DNA of 64,000 nucleotides from Marsupella aquatica (Eukaryota; Plantae; Marchantiophyta). Made by a program: the position numbers and the translations under genes. The DNA lies in NCBI GenBank assembly GCA_973895155.1, contig OZ316891.1, positions 24,365,899-24,429,898 on the forward strand, read 5' to 3'. The notes beneath the pieces are model-generated. The model was given only the letters and a program-made list of their open reading frames with translations. It did not search any database and was not told the DNA's origin. Positions 46,611 through 59,182 of this stretch are shown here, in pieces; within the stretch, counting starts at the first letter, position 1, and each line of letters opens with the position of its first letter.

Positions 46611-49362
46611 GGTTTGTCGATCAAAGCAAGCGTACCCCTTGATGATAATGTTGGTGTGGCTTGCAAGGTACGCTTTCCCTTCAAGGTATAGGGTCAAGAT
46701 CCTTTGGCGCTCCATCTCCTCGTGGAATTCTTGGCAAAGAAGGAGGCCCACTTTCTAGGCTGATAGTTCTCAACCTGGATTACCGGGGCGACGGATATCT
46801 CACCCTGTGGCTCCATCATGTGGAGGGCGTACCGCTAGAATTCCAGCTGCTCTCCTATCTCTGGGATGAGGCACGTCCTCATTAGGAAGCCGTTGTCTAC
46901 CAAACCCTCGGGCGCAAAGCTCGAGGATTGGTACTTTGCTCCCTTGCCTCCTTGGGCCCGTGACTCCACCTGGTTCTGACCCTCGGGTAAGCCAAAGATG
47001 AGCTTAAGCCGCTCCTCACTCAAAGACATCACCCGTCCGTGCGTACGGGTCTGTTGTCGGGCCTTGTCAAAGTTCTGGATGAACTCTGTCATGTCTTGCT
47101 CGTAGTACCTGCAAGTGTTCCAAGGGAGGGCGGCGAGATGTTCAAACCCTTAGGTTTGTAGGTACGTTGCATGCTTTGGATGGAGGATGTTCTTGTGCAC
47201 ATTCTCTCCCATGCGATGCAGGGTCAATTTGGCCACGGTGATGATGGCCAGGGTAGACCAGATACTACAGCCGGTTCCTTCCTCTTCAGTCCCCAAGAGT
47301 TGTTCCTAGGATGGCTCGTAGAAGGGGACATCTCCCCGTCCTCCCTATTTGGTAGGGGTAGCGCGACCACAATCAGAACTGGTGCTGGGGCTGCTACGAT
47401 TACCATGTCATCTATCAAAGCCGTCTCTCGGGTCCGGGTTTGTGCGGGTGGTGACGTGTTACCTGGCCCATGTTGGCCTGCCCCTCGTGGTCTCCGGTTC
47501 AGGGGAGGATGAGCCTCCTTGTCCTTGAAACTGATGTTCACTGCGTTTACCACGGATTGTACCCGGAGGGGTGGTGCAACCGGTGGTGGAGATCGGCTTG
47601 GCTTAGCCAAGGTGGTGTCTGTGATGGTGCCGATGAGTCGGCGACGGTTGTAGCTAGGGGCGGCGCCATAGGATTCAGCAAGTCTGAGGGGAAGCCAAGT
47701 GATGTCAGGATAGATGACTCACCCATATTCAACTACCAAATTGATAGTCTAGGAAAGACTGAACTTTGGTAGGGATATGGTCAAAGTGATGCCGCTGCAA
47801 GTCTATTGTGCTCGGGATCTTGAAGACCTCGTCCGAAAGTCAAAGGAGCGCTTCCTTGAAGCCGAGGTACTTTGTACCGTCAAAGAAGAATTTGGCAATC
47901 TTGTCGTCTTGACAAAACTTGCTCTAGAACGGGAGGCTGAAGTCGCCATTGTAGTGAGAACGCCCGGCTAGACGGATGAGTCGTTCGTACTGTCTTTCGG
48001 CTTTGTACCGGTGCGGGTTGAATTCGGCAAGCAACTTTGCTAGATGATTTCCAATGGACAAAAATTGAAGCCAAAAACAAAGGGCTGAACTGGACACAGT
48101 CGTGACAGACATACAGGGAATGGCGGTGGATGACTAAGGAGCAAATGGGCGAGCTGGGATCAAAGCTGGCGCGAGGAGTGAAGTGTTGATGTAACGCAAG
48201 AGAATGACTTGCCTTTTATACCTTGAGGAGTCGTCGGCCAATCGGCCCCTCCTCCTTTCTGATAGGCCGAGCCTTTCACACTTGCAATGTACCGACCACT
48301 TTGCAGGTTCGGATCAGGGCGTGTTAGAGAGCCGCCTCCTTGATCCGTTATACGGACCTGAGGTAGACGTCCATAACATGCTCGTAACCCAACGGTACGG
48401 GTGGCGCTCTGCCGCCAGCTCGAGCGTGAATGCTTCTTATTGACTAATGGTGTCCTATGTTTCATGATTACTACCTACTTTAGTGTCGTTATGCTAATAA
48501 CTATGGACTACTAAGTCCGTAGCACGCGTGCTGAGCACGGATTAAGCTGGATTACTCATTACCAGCCGTGCTGGCGGCGTCACAATATAGATCACTCCAA
48601 ACAAACTAAAAGAGATGGAAGAAGTGACGCATTAAAAAGAGGGGAAACACTAAGCCAACCCTGAATTCTAATTTTTTATAGCATTTGAAATACTTTCAAA
48701 ACAAAGCTTGAGAAGGCCAGCACAAGAGACGAAAGAAGCCAAAGGGGAGTTCCTCCCCAACTACTGCATGTTAATACACAGGGATTTCCTTTCATTAATA
48801 AAGAACGGTATTAACTAGAAAAGGAAAAGAAGTATTTCTTCATAAAAGAAATCACACTATTTCTTATGTCCAAAAAGCTTATAAATGCCTAACTTGCCCA
48901 CCATGACATTTCATACAATAATTGATTTAAGGAACAAACATATTATTAAAAGGGAAGGAAAGACATAAGAACAAAAAAAACACTTATTGGAAATTTCTGC
49001 ATGCAAGAATTGCCCAATTAATTTCATAAATTCAGGGGGAGATATTTTTCCCCACGGTGCCTACTGCACATAAAAGCTCTGTGCCTACTATACATGGGAG
49101 CAAATGGGTGCCTATTGCACACTCACGCAGAAAGGAAAAATATTTGATAACTTGAGGGGGAGACCTCAAGAAAGGCTTGGCCCCAAGCAATAGAACCCAT
49201 GGGATGTGCCTACTGTGCCTTTTTTGCACCAATCAATATTTAACAATGGAACTATATTCTATGAATTGGAACCATATGGCCAATTCTGAAAAATGAAGAA
49301 TCTTTATAAATACACGATTGGACAGGATGTTCACACATTCACTCACTAATATTGGAGGACAT

Positions 49363-52300
49363 TGTAGAGGTTAACTCAGTCTTGGGTTGAACTATGGTTA
49401 GTATGTTAACTAGGGTTAGAGTGTTAACCCTAGTTGAAGAGATTGGTCCTTATCTCTTCAACTTGTATGTGGTGTGAGAACACACAAGAGAGTTCTAAAA
49501 AGAGAGAACATAGTGATACAACAAGAGATGAGAGCTTGAAGAGATGAGAGTTATGGTGATGCTTGAGTAGACATATAACCGTTAATAAAGCTTGGTCTTC
49601 CCGTGGACGTAGACAACTTTGAGGCGAACCACATAACTATTGAGCACGTGTATGTTTGGAGTGTTTTTCCTGATCTGATTTCTCCCCACAATTGGTATCA
49701 GAGCTCAGTTTTTTTTCAATTGATTAGGAACTCCATAGAACTTGCTTCAAGCAAAGCGAACAGCGGATGATTTCCTCTTCAAAGCGGAGCTATTGAAAGA
49801 AGATCGGACTCAATCTTCTCACAAGTGTGGAGCACACAACCAGGGACTCATTTCAGTGAAGCAATGAAGGCCTGAGGTCAGAAACGGAAACAATTGTAAG
49901 TGACAGTTTTCAATTTACGTTATCGGGCAAGAGATAAGGTCAATTTCTCAGATCAGTCTTTTTGATTGTTCTATCGGGACTTGAAACTGAGATACGCTTG
50001 AGCGCCTTGTCTTTCTAGATGTTTCGATATCAACATCGTTGAATTCCGTCAAACGGTTGAGAAGCAATCTTAATTTCAATTCTCGTTTTTTGAGCTCGAA
50101 ATTTTGGCTATGGCGGATAACTTAATATCAGTCACTTTCACCGAATTTTTTCTCCCTCATTACTCCACCTTTTTGCAAGTTCTGTATATCAATCTTGATG
50201 CCCTCAAAGTCTAGTTTCTGAATCTGAAATCAGAATTGGATTTCGTCAAAAACTAAGACGGGAATTTGAGTGAATCCGCCGAGGGGTATTTTCTGCCGCG
50301 AGTAGTCGCGACTTGCGCGGGCGTGCAAGGAGGTCGAAAAGTTCGAGGAGGCCTTTCTAGGGCTCGACAGGGCTCGGGCAGGGGGAAGTGCCCCCTGTGA
50401 AGTCCCCCACAGGAGCTGTACAAGGGCGGACGGAATTTCCCAAAAAGATTCTTTTCCAGAGGCTTAAAGTTTTACCGGAGGTCAAAGATTCCGAGCGGCA
50501 ATAAAATCGGATCAACTTGAACTTTTGGAGAGGCGTACTTGGGGAAGCTAGGCAAGTATTGGTGCATTCAATTCTGAAAAAGTATACTAGTGGAATCTTT
50601 GGTATAAGAGATTCCCTCGAGGGGTAATTATTTCATCTTTTACCCCCTCCGGTCGGAGTAAAAATTCTCGGCACTCGAGAGTCCATTTGACAAACCGTTT
50701 TCAGAATTCGGAGTGTTACCTTGTGGGCTACACATAGGAGTGATCAATTTCAAAATTCACCAACTTTAATTTTTTGGCCTTATTTTCACACCCCACATCT
50801 GAGCATTCAACATTTATTTCTTGTCGGAAGGCGACTCCACACTACATTTGGCATTCCAGCGATGGCGACTACTAGGATTGGAGGTCAAAGGTTTGAGGTG
50901 AAAAAATTTGATGGTCGGATGGACTATACAATGTGGGAACGTAACGTGAGGGATGCACTTAGGGCGATGGGCCTAGGCAAGGTACTAAGATCTCATCCCA
51001 AGGAGATGGAAGATGATGATTGGCATGATCTCCAGGATCAAGCGGTAAGTATTGTTGGCATGTACCTGAAAAACAATGTGAAGAAGCAGTTTGAGGAAAA
51101 AGCAACACAAACGGTGACGGACTTGTTTCAAGCATTGCGCAACAAGTACTACAAGAAGGAGATGTCAAACCAAATGTATGCAAGCCTGAAGCTCATGAAA
51201 TTCAAAATGGCTGATGGAGTCAAGATTCAAGATCATATCGATCAGTTCAATGATCTTGTGGTTGACCTATAGAATTTGGGGGAGCATTTGAGCGAAGAAA
51301 AGAAAGCCTTACAACTCTTGAGCTCACTACCACCTTCATACCAATCTTTGTCTCGAGTTCTTCTATTCCGTGATAAGACAACTATATCCTACAATGATGT
51401 GGTGAGTGCCCTGTTGACCGATGACATGCAGTCTAAGCTGGTTTCTTCAGCTCATCCTACCTCAACCTCATCATCAACAGCACTGTTGGTAGAAAGAGGC
51501 AAATCAAGGGAGTCATCTCATGAAAACAAAAGGTTTAACCCACTTCCCATGGAGCGAGGAAGGTTCCACAACCGATCTTTTGGTAGGAGGAGGTTTAGAT
51601 CCAGATCTAGATCTCGATCCAAATCACCATCCAAGTCTACTCGTGAGATAAAGTGTTGGAAGTGTGACAAAGTGGGCCACATGAAGAAGGATTGTCGAGT
51701 CAAAGACACATTCAAGGAAGTTGCCGGTTCTTCAGCCCAAGTAGTTGTTCGAGAAGAGGATAATGAAGAATTTGCATTGTGTACCACTTCCCAAGTTGAG
51801 GATTGTCAATGGATCTTGGATTCCGCTTGCTCGTATCACATGTGCTATATGCGTGAACTTTTCTCATCCTACACTCCTTTCAATGGATCCGTTTTGATGG
51901 GAAATAATCATTCTTGCAAAGTTTTAGGGATTGGATCCGTAAAGATTCAACTACCCGGTGGCAAGTACTGTACTCTATCAAATGTCAGACACATTCCAGA
52001 AATGTGTAAGAATTTGATTTCTCTTGGCTACTTGGATGCAAAGGGTTATCAATGGAGTGCAATTGATGGGGTGTTAACAGTCACGCATGGATCAATTGAA
52101 GTTCTTATTGGCAAGAGGAAAAGAAACATCTATGTCTTGGAAGACACCACACTTCTTGCCGAAGTCAATTTGGTCACATCTCAGGAGGAGAAAATCAATT
52201 TATGGCATGCTCGGCTTGGTCACATGAGTGAAAAAATTTTGGAAATCCTACACAAGCGACATCTCCTACCAGGATTGCAAGCATGCAAGTTGAGTTTTTG

Positions 52301-53620
52301 TGATCATTGCATTGTCGGCAAGAAAACAAGAACTCCATTTCCGACTGCCATTCATCATTCTAAAGTTGTACTTGAGTATATTCATTCCGATGTGTGGGGT
52401 CCTGTTCCGATTTCCTCACATTCAGGAAAACAATACTATGTATCATTTATCGATGATTACTCAAGGTTTGTTTGGATTTATTTCATTGCCCATAAGTTTG
52501 AAGTGCTTTCCATCTTCAAACAATGGGTAGCTCAAGTTGAGACAAAGACTGCAAAGAATGTGAGATATCTACGATCAGATAATGGTGGTGAATACACCTC
52601 TGGCGAGTTCAACATGTATTGTGCAAGTAAGGGAATTACTCACCATCTCACAACTGTGTACACTCCTGAGCAAAATGGTGTTGCTGAGCGACTCAACCGC
52701 ACATTGTTGGAGCGAGCAAGGAGCATGTTGAGCCACTCTAAATTGCCACAAATCTTTTGGGCGGAAGCTATCAACATAGCTGCTTATCTAGTAAATCTCT
52801 CTCCTAGTCGGGCAATTACTTACAAAACCCCCTTTGAGCTATGGCACAATCGACCTGCTGATTATTCAACGCTTAGGGTTTTTGGCTGTGAAGCATATGC
52901 ACATGTTCCTAGCAACAATAGGACTAAGCTAGATCCTAGAGCCCATAAATGCATTTTTCTTGGTTATCAGCGTGAAGTTAAAGGTTATCGGTTGTGGGAT
53001 CCAGTTGATTGCAAGTTACTTGTTAGTCGGGATGTATCCTTCAATGAAGAAAAATCATTGAAGGAGGGGGAGATAGATCAATTTCCTACTACTAACAAAG
53101 AGCAATCTCCTCCTCTAGAGGATATAAGGGGAAAGGATGTGTCAGATAATGAATATGTTGACACCACTGTAAGGCAAAGCACACTACAATCAGATCAGCC
53201 AGAGTCTTCAGTGCAAAGAGAAACTCGAAAACATCAAGCCCGGGAAAGGTATGGAACTTGGCTTCCTTCTGATCAAGTGGATTTGGATGAAGAATCTATT
53301 GATGCATTGGTGACAGAAGATGGAGATCCATCCTCATTTCGAGAGGTCCTAGCTTCTATGGAGAAGCAACAGTGGCAGGTGGCGATGCGCATGGAAATGA
53401 AATCACTTCATGATAACAAGACTTGGGAACTCACAAGTCTACCTAGTGACAAGCAGGCTATTGACAGCAAGTGGGTGTATAGGAAGAAAGATGGACCCAC
53501 GGAGGATGCTGAGAAGATATTTAAGGCTCGGTTGGTAGCCAAGGGTTTTACTCAACAGAAAGGTATAGACTACAATGAGGTTTTTTCACCCGTAGCAAAG
53601 TATTCAACAATACGTTTGCT
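49363..53620 (+). mobile_element. Copia-C 5' half (5' LTR 49363-49690, PBS, gag, PR, INT, RT N-terminal part)
   Basis: PBS tggtatcagagc 49693-49704; ORFs 50721..51272 and 51276..53654 with CCHC, 'WILDSACSYH', 'RSDNGGEY', ending abruptly at 'VAKYSTIRLL'. Confidence 0.95.
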
Positions 53621-54003
53621 CGTGCAATGTAATGCACTGTGCTTCGCCCTCTAGATGTTGTTGTACTGTGCCCACGGCCCATACCCCAAGCAGCAAGTCC
53701 ACCTCTCTTAGCCTGCAAGAACATATGTGCAAGGACAATAAACTTAAAAGAAGTAACTTCCTCTGACTTGCCACACTCACATGAGCCAAACATATCACTA
53801 CTGTGATACACTACTTCAACACTTCATTACCACAATTTTCCTGGGCTCCTCGACAGTACGCTTGCCCTGCCCATATTCTTCATCATCTGCATCGGGCTCC
53901 TCCTATGGATAGTACTCTACATCATCAAATTCCTTATGGTTTTCACCGGACCCAACATCTTGCCCATCATCTGCAGAATCTGCCATCGATGGAATGTCCT
54001 TCA
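53621..54003 (-). pseudogene. 5' part of CACTA TnpA-like gene, cut by the inversion breakpoint
   Basis: 'MADSADDGQDVGSGENHKEFDDVEYYP' exon and 'AKRGGLAAWGMGRGHSTTTSRGRSTVHYIAR', compositionally continuous with 34445+. Confidence 0.55.
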
Positions 54004-54369
54004 TTGCTAGTCTCTCACTGCGTCGCCGAGGTCCACTTGCACTGTCACTAATGCTTTGCCTAGCCCTTCTGTGCACTACACTTCTCCTGTCTGGGAGCCT
54101 GCAAGCCATCCAAAAGCAACATCCATTGAACAACTCTAGTAAACATAGCTACATTCATTCCAATTAATGAGCAAAGTCTGGATAGGTTTTGTGGATGATA
54201 ATTGTTCCCTTACAAAGCGGAAAATCCTTGTCTGAGCTCAGCTCCCAAAGCTGCCAGCCTCTCATCAACATATGCTGCACGTATCATGGCTTGCTTTTCA
54301 GACTCACTCATCTCATCATCATCTTCTTCCATCCTATTCAATGACAAACATTATTGCATACGCATGGTG

Positions 54370-57300
54370 TCAGGCCGGCTCAGCCTCTACAAATGGCTCC
54401 TCACCCTCCCAAGCATCCACCCGTGTTAGAGGAACATACTCTGTGCTTGTCTGAACAGTACCAACGTCTCCAGTACGTGGTTGTTCAAATGCACTATGTC
54501 TATCTAAATGAAACTCTAGCTTTGAGCCTTCTACCCTACGATTTCTGGGTTGCTTATGACACACTACCCTCCAACCTGGGTTCTCTTCCACATCCAAGAA
54601 GAAGGCCTGCTCCACTTGACTGGGATACACAAAAGGCTGCTCCCATTCGGGCAACTTGGACTTGAAATTGGCAAGCAGAAAGCCATCCCGGTCTCTTTTC
54701 ATACTGGCCCTGTTACCACGCCACACTTGTCTTACCCATTCACCCTTCATCAAAATTACAGGAGTGGATGTGGCTCCATAGTCAAGAAGCCAGATATCAC
54801 TTAGTTCTCCTACATACCCCATCTGCAACACTCCACTACTTTCATCAGGGCTCTCATGCTGAAATACACAAATGAGCCCACAATCATATGTTACCCTGGA
54901 AGAAGTTGTTTCATCTCTCACTCTATAGTGATTGCCATATGCTGCCATCCGTTTGTAAGACTTTACCAGCAACCGTGGAGGATTGGAGAGGAGATAGACA
55001 TTTGCATCCATATTAGGATGGCTTGCATGATGCTCTCGAACTGTGCATCTCAGCCATTCTGACATGCATGGGAATGTGGTAGGCGTGCTTGATTGAATAG
55101 CCTTTTGTGCCTCGTACTCCCTACACATATAAGTGCATGGATTTAGCAATCAGAGTAGATTCTATACATATCTGCAATTTAGAAACCAAGGGCAGCAAAG
55201 AAAATTGAAAACAAGTTACATACAGGGAGACCAAAGTAGGTACTCACTCCAGCCAGGGTTGTATTGCATCAGTGTTTTCCAGAATGTACTGATGAGCCAA
55301 GTCTCTAATTTTGATGGTCAGCTTCACTGTGGTTGCAGCACCTTGTAGGACTTCCCCAAACACCCCTTCTTCTTCATCAGAATTCCATACTCGCCTTGTC
55401 ACATGCTCGTAATCTGCTAGGTACTCTGTGATGTAGCCCAGAGTTTCATCTTTTATATAACCCCAAGCCATACTTGCCTCTGGCCTATAGTAAGATCTCA
55501 CATGACCCTTCATCAACTTCATGTACCGCTCCAGGGGGTACAACCAGCGTGCTGTCACCGGCCCATACTGGTCTATTTCTTCCACAACATGGATGAGCAG
55601 ATGAGTCATTACATCAAAGAATGCAGGCGGGAAATATATTTCAAGATCACACAACAATAGTGCCACATCTTTCTTCAACTGGGGAAACTGTGCAGCATCC
55701 CACACCTTCACACAAACTCTGCGGAACACATCACTCAGACGCTGTATAACTTTACGCACAGGCTCTTGCATGAGGCCCCTCAGGCACAATGGCAGGACTT
55801 GTTGCATCATGACATGGTAGTCATGGGTTTTCATACTACCAAATTGGAATTTGTTATCCTTCACATGCCTCTTGAATGCACTAGCATAATCTGTGGGAGC
55901 TCGGAGTGAACTCAGCCTTGATAAAAAGGTCTGCCACTCTGTGTCTGTGCAACAATATGGTGCTTGGTACTTCAAAAACATGTTTGCCCTGCTCTGGTGT
56001 TATGTAAGCCAAAGGTGGGGTCGAATTCCCCTATCCTGTAGATCCATACGTACAGAGCCCGTGTCCTTTTCTCCACTCAAAAATTGGAGTAGACTCTCGC
56101 ATATGTTCTTCTCTATGTGCATAACATCAATATTATGTTTGTTTGGATCAAACTCCTGCAACTCCAAAACATCAAGCAGTGAGCAAATCTCAATCTTCAT
56201 AATACATACATACTACTTCATACAATCTAACAACTAAATTGACTGAATCACATATATGGGTTGTTGGGGAGAGGAGCTTACTCGCCAATACTCCAGCTGC
56301 AAGTCCAAAATGAACTGTTGTTTCACACCATACAACCTTGCAGGATCCCGTACTCCATCCTCTGCTCCTCCATCTGCATCATACTGTGCCTTGGCAGCCC
56401 CCCAAGAACTTATTTGCTCCTTCTTCACTCGAGGTGGGGGACTGCGGAGCTCCGTGCGCTTGTTAAAATGTGCTATAAGATTGGGTCTACGTCTATAAGG
56501 GTGATCAGAGGGCAGAAATCGACGGTGACCAAGGTATTTGATACACTTCAAGGACTTTGAATAGTCACTTGTCACATGGGGGCCACATCTTGTGCAAGCT
56601 AAATATCCTTTCCCAACCTGGCCTGCAATCATGCTATGGGCAGGGTAATCTGCAATAGTCAACATTACAATAGCTCTAAGCAAGAATGGATTGGCTTCAC
56701 CAATCCTCTGTAGCATATCATATGTGAGCACTCTAGTGTACCATAGCTTTCTCAGTTCCTCTACTAGAGGAGCGAGATACACATCTATATTGGCTACAAC
56801 AGCACTGTCTAGCCCTGGAATCAACAATGCCAACATTACAAAGAACCGCTTTGTAGTCAACCATGGGGGAAGGTTGTAATTCAAAAGGGTTACAGGCCAA
56901 CAAGAGTACGCATTGTTCTTCTCGCCAAATGGGTTCACCCCATCCAATGATAGCCCAAGCCTAACATTCCTTGTCTCCCTAGCAAACTCAGGATACGCAT
57001 CATCAATCAACTTCCATTGCTTTGAATCTCCAGCATGGCGTTGTAGCCCATCTCGACTTTTGTTCTTAGCTGTCCATGTCATCAACTCTGATATGGCACG
57101 GCTCCTGAACATTCTCTGCAGTCTGGGAATTATAGGAAAGTGACGGAGCACTTTTGCAGGTTGCTTGGACTTCCCATTGTTCCGGTACCTGTGCTTCCCA
57201 CATGTAGGGCATGTCAACTTCTTCTCATGTTCGTTTCTGAAAAGAACATGCCCATCAGGACAGACATGGATTGACTCATAGTTCAGCCCAAGTTTTGATA

Positions 57301-58099
57301 TTAGTCCCTTTGCCTCGTACATGTTTTTTGGCACTAGATTACCTCCTGGCAGCACTGTTTTCTGCAAGAAGGCCAGAACCTTGGACACAAAGATGTTTGG
57401 CACATTGTGGTTCCCACAAATATTCAGAAATATTAGCACAAATGCTAATTTGGAACAATTGCTTCCTGGGAACAGCGGATTGAAGGCCTCCTGAACTTCG
57501 GTTGGGGAGCCAAACATGGTGTCCACTCCAGCTGCAGCCTGTTGCCCAATCTCGAACTCATCTGAAGACTTGTGGTCATCACCCGGTGCAGTCTCAAACT
57601 CTTCTGCATCTTCCATGTCCTCCCGCATTGCATCCATGTCCTGGAAAATATCATGCACCATTTGTTGAACATTGATCCCTTTGTCTGCAGGCTGCTGAAG
57701 GACTTCAGACCCACCCAATTGAGTCATCACATCTGCCAACCCACCAGTGAAGAACTGGTCTCGCCTTGCACTATTTGCATTCTCAAAGTCAGCCCTCCAT
57801 TCCTCATCCGAAGAATCAGCCTCATTCGGATCGTTTGTAACACGCCAACGAGGGTGTCTCCCATGAATTGCCAAGTGCCCATGAATCTGCCTCAAGACTC
57901 TGGTGTGGGAGCCATTGCATTGAGTGCAAGGACATCTCATTCGTGAACTTGGACTTGACCGTGCCACTTTGGCCTGTTCCCGATTCCAGAGCTTCTGGTC
58001 GTGTTGGGAAACCCTCATTGGATGATGTAGAGGCAACCTGGCAGATGTTGGATGGGTCCAAGGGGGAGGGTGACCTATGGACACTCTTCTAGACTCCAT
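54370..58099 (-). pseudogene. CACTA Tnp2/TnpD transposase (Transposase_21, DUF4218, DUF4216-like), 3 exons, one internal stop
   Basis: 'CPCTQC', 'RNVRLGLSLDGVNPF', 'YNLPPW', 'IADYPA', 'IDVMHIEKNI', 'MKTHDYHV', 'FFDVMTHLLIH', 'WLYPLERYM', 'PFVYPSQVEQAFF'; exons about 58099-56282, 56155-55248, 55120-54370; TAA at 56000. Confidence 0.92.
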
Positions 58100-58488
58100 C
58101 TTAGAGTTCAGAACACAGGCACTCAGATTTAATTATCATTTCATTATGAAAGTGGAAAATACATTTCTTGTATAGCTGTGTTCCGATGTTCACACAATCT
58201 ACCAAAACATATGACATGATACAGTGTAATAAATCATGCATAGACTTTCTACAACCACCAAAAAACAAACAAGAAAGGTTCCTGAATTGTGTACCTATTC
58301 TCAGGTCACACTGTAACAAAATTCCTAACTGTCTAAGGGTGTCACCTCCTTTGCTGTCCTCACTTATACTGCCTTAGTCTGCAATGGCCAACCAAGCACG
58401 TACATCCATGACCATATCAGAGTCCAATCACCTATAGTCATAGACAAACGTGCTTGGCGTGAGAGCAGTATGAGATCTCCTCACGTTA

Positions 58489-58980
58489 TTACCAGAGTTC
58501 ATCTAGATACCCACCCTGTTCTCGATGGTAGTCACACCTGAGGTACACTGGCGTGTACATCAGGTCATCAAGGAGTATGCCCTGGGCATACCAGGGTGGG
58601 GTTCGATCTGTGCCTACAAGAAGTGGTTGTAATGCCCTCCACTGGGGGGAGCTAGCTACCAAGTCCCTCCATTGTGTGCTAATTAGTCTATATTTGCAAA
58701 TGTCTTGTGCGTTTGACCACAGACGAATTATGGGCCACACATTCGACAGCATTATATCATCTGGCAAACCAGGCAACAAGGAAGTTCCCACAACATTATG
58801 CTCTTCTATTTCATCTGCTGAAAAATAAGATTCATCGTCTCTTGCATCCTCAGGCGGTGCCAAAATATGTTTCAACACCAACCCATGCAGGAGAGTCCAA
58901 ACAGTGGCCAGCCATGTGGCAACCCATAGGAGGAGCCTACATAGCATCGGGTGATCTAGGAAAGGCAACATACCCACCAA
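58489..58980 (-). CDS. F-box-like protein with hydrophobic N-terminal segment
   Basis: 'LLPGLPDDIMLSNVWPII...YRLISTQWRDLVASS' fits the plant F-box pattern; N-terminal 'LLLWVATWLATVWTLLHGLVL'. Confidence 0.65.
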   Translation of the reverse strand: MVGMLPFLDHPMLCRLLLWVATWLATVWTLLHGLVLKHILAPPEDARDDESYFSADEIEEHNVVGTSLLPGLPDDIMLSNVWPIIRLWSNAQDICKYRLISTQWRDLVASSPQWRALQPLLVGTDRTPPWYAQGILLDDLMYTPVYLRCDYHREQGGYLDELW

Positions 58981-59182
58981 AGTCTGCCGCCAAGATTTGA
59001 GCCCACCCCTAGTAAGTTTACAGTGACACCCCTAGGCAGCAGGAAACAACAATCCGCCAACAGTAAAATAAGTCCAACTGCGACCAACCATAACAAGCTA
59101 CGTTAGTTCAAATATCACATTTATTTAAAAGATGTGATTTGTACAAAAATCTTGTCTCAAAACTGATGCTACTACGTACTCC

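Larger units (their letters stand above)
39294..47230 (-). pseudogene. Degenerate TE-type accessory ORF (globular N-terminus, P/A-rich linker, long coiled coil), split by Copia-D
   Basis: Frame 'MTEFIQNFDKARQQ...LKLIFGLPEG...CFDRQT' stops at the Copia-D TSD and resumes 'LSWLNKPKL...' at 40498; heptad-rich ORF 39294..40016. Resembles extra ORFs of plant Gypsy (Tat/Athila-type) elements but no gag/pol is adjacent. Confidence 0.45.

Noticed and set aside
32639-49690. The 328-bp inverted pair as TIRs of a 17-kb DNA transposon
   Set aside because: They are Copia LTRs with PBS, PPT and matching TSD, inverted by rearrangement.
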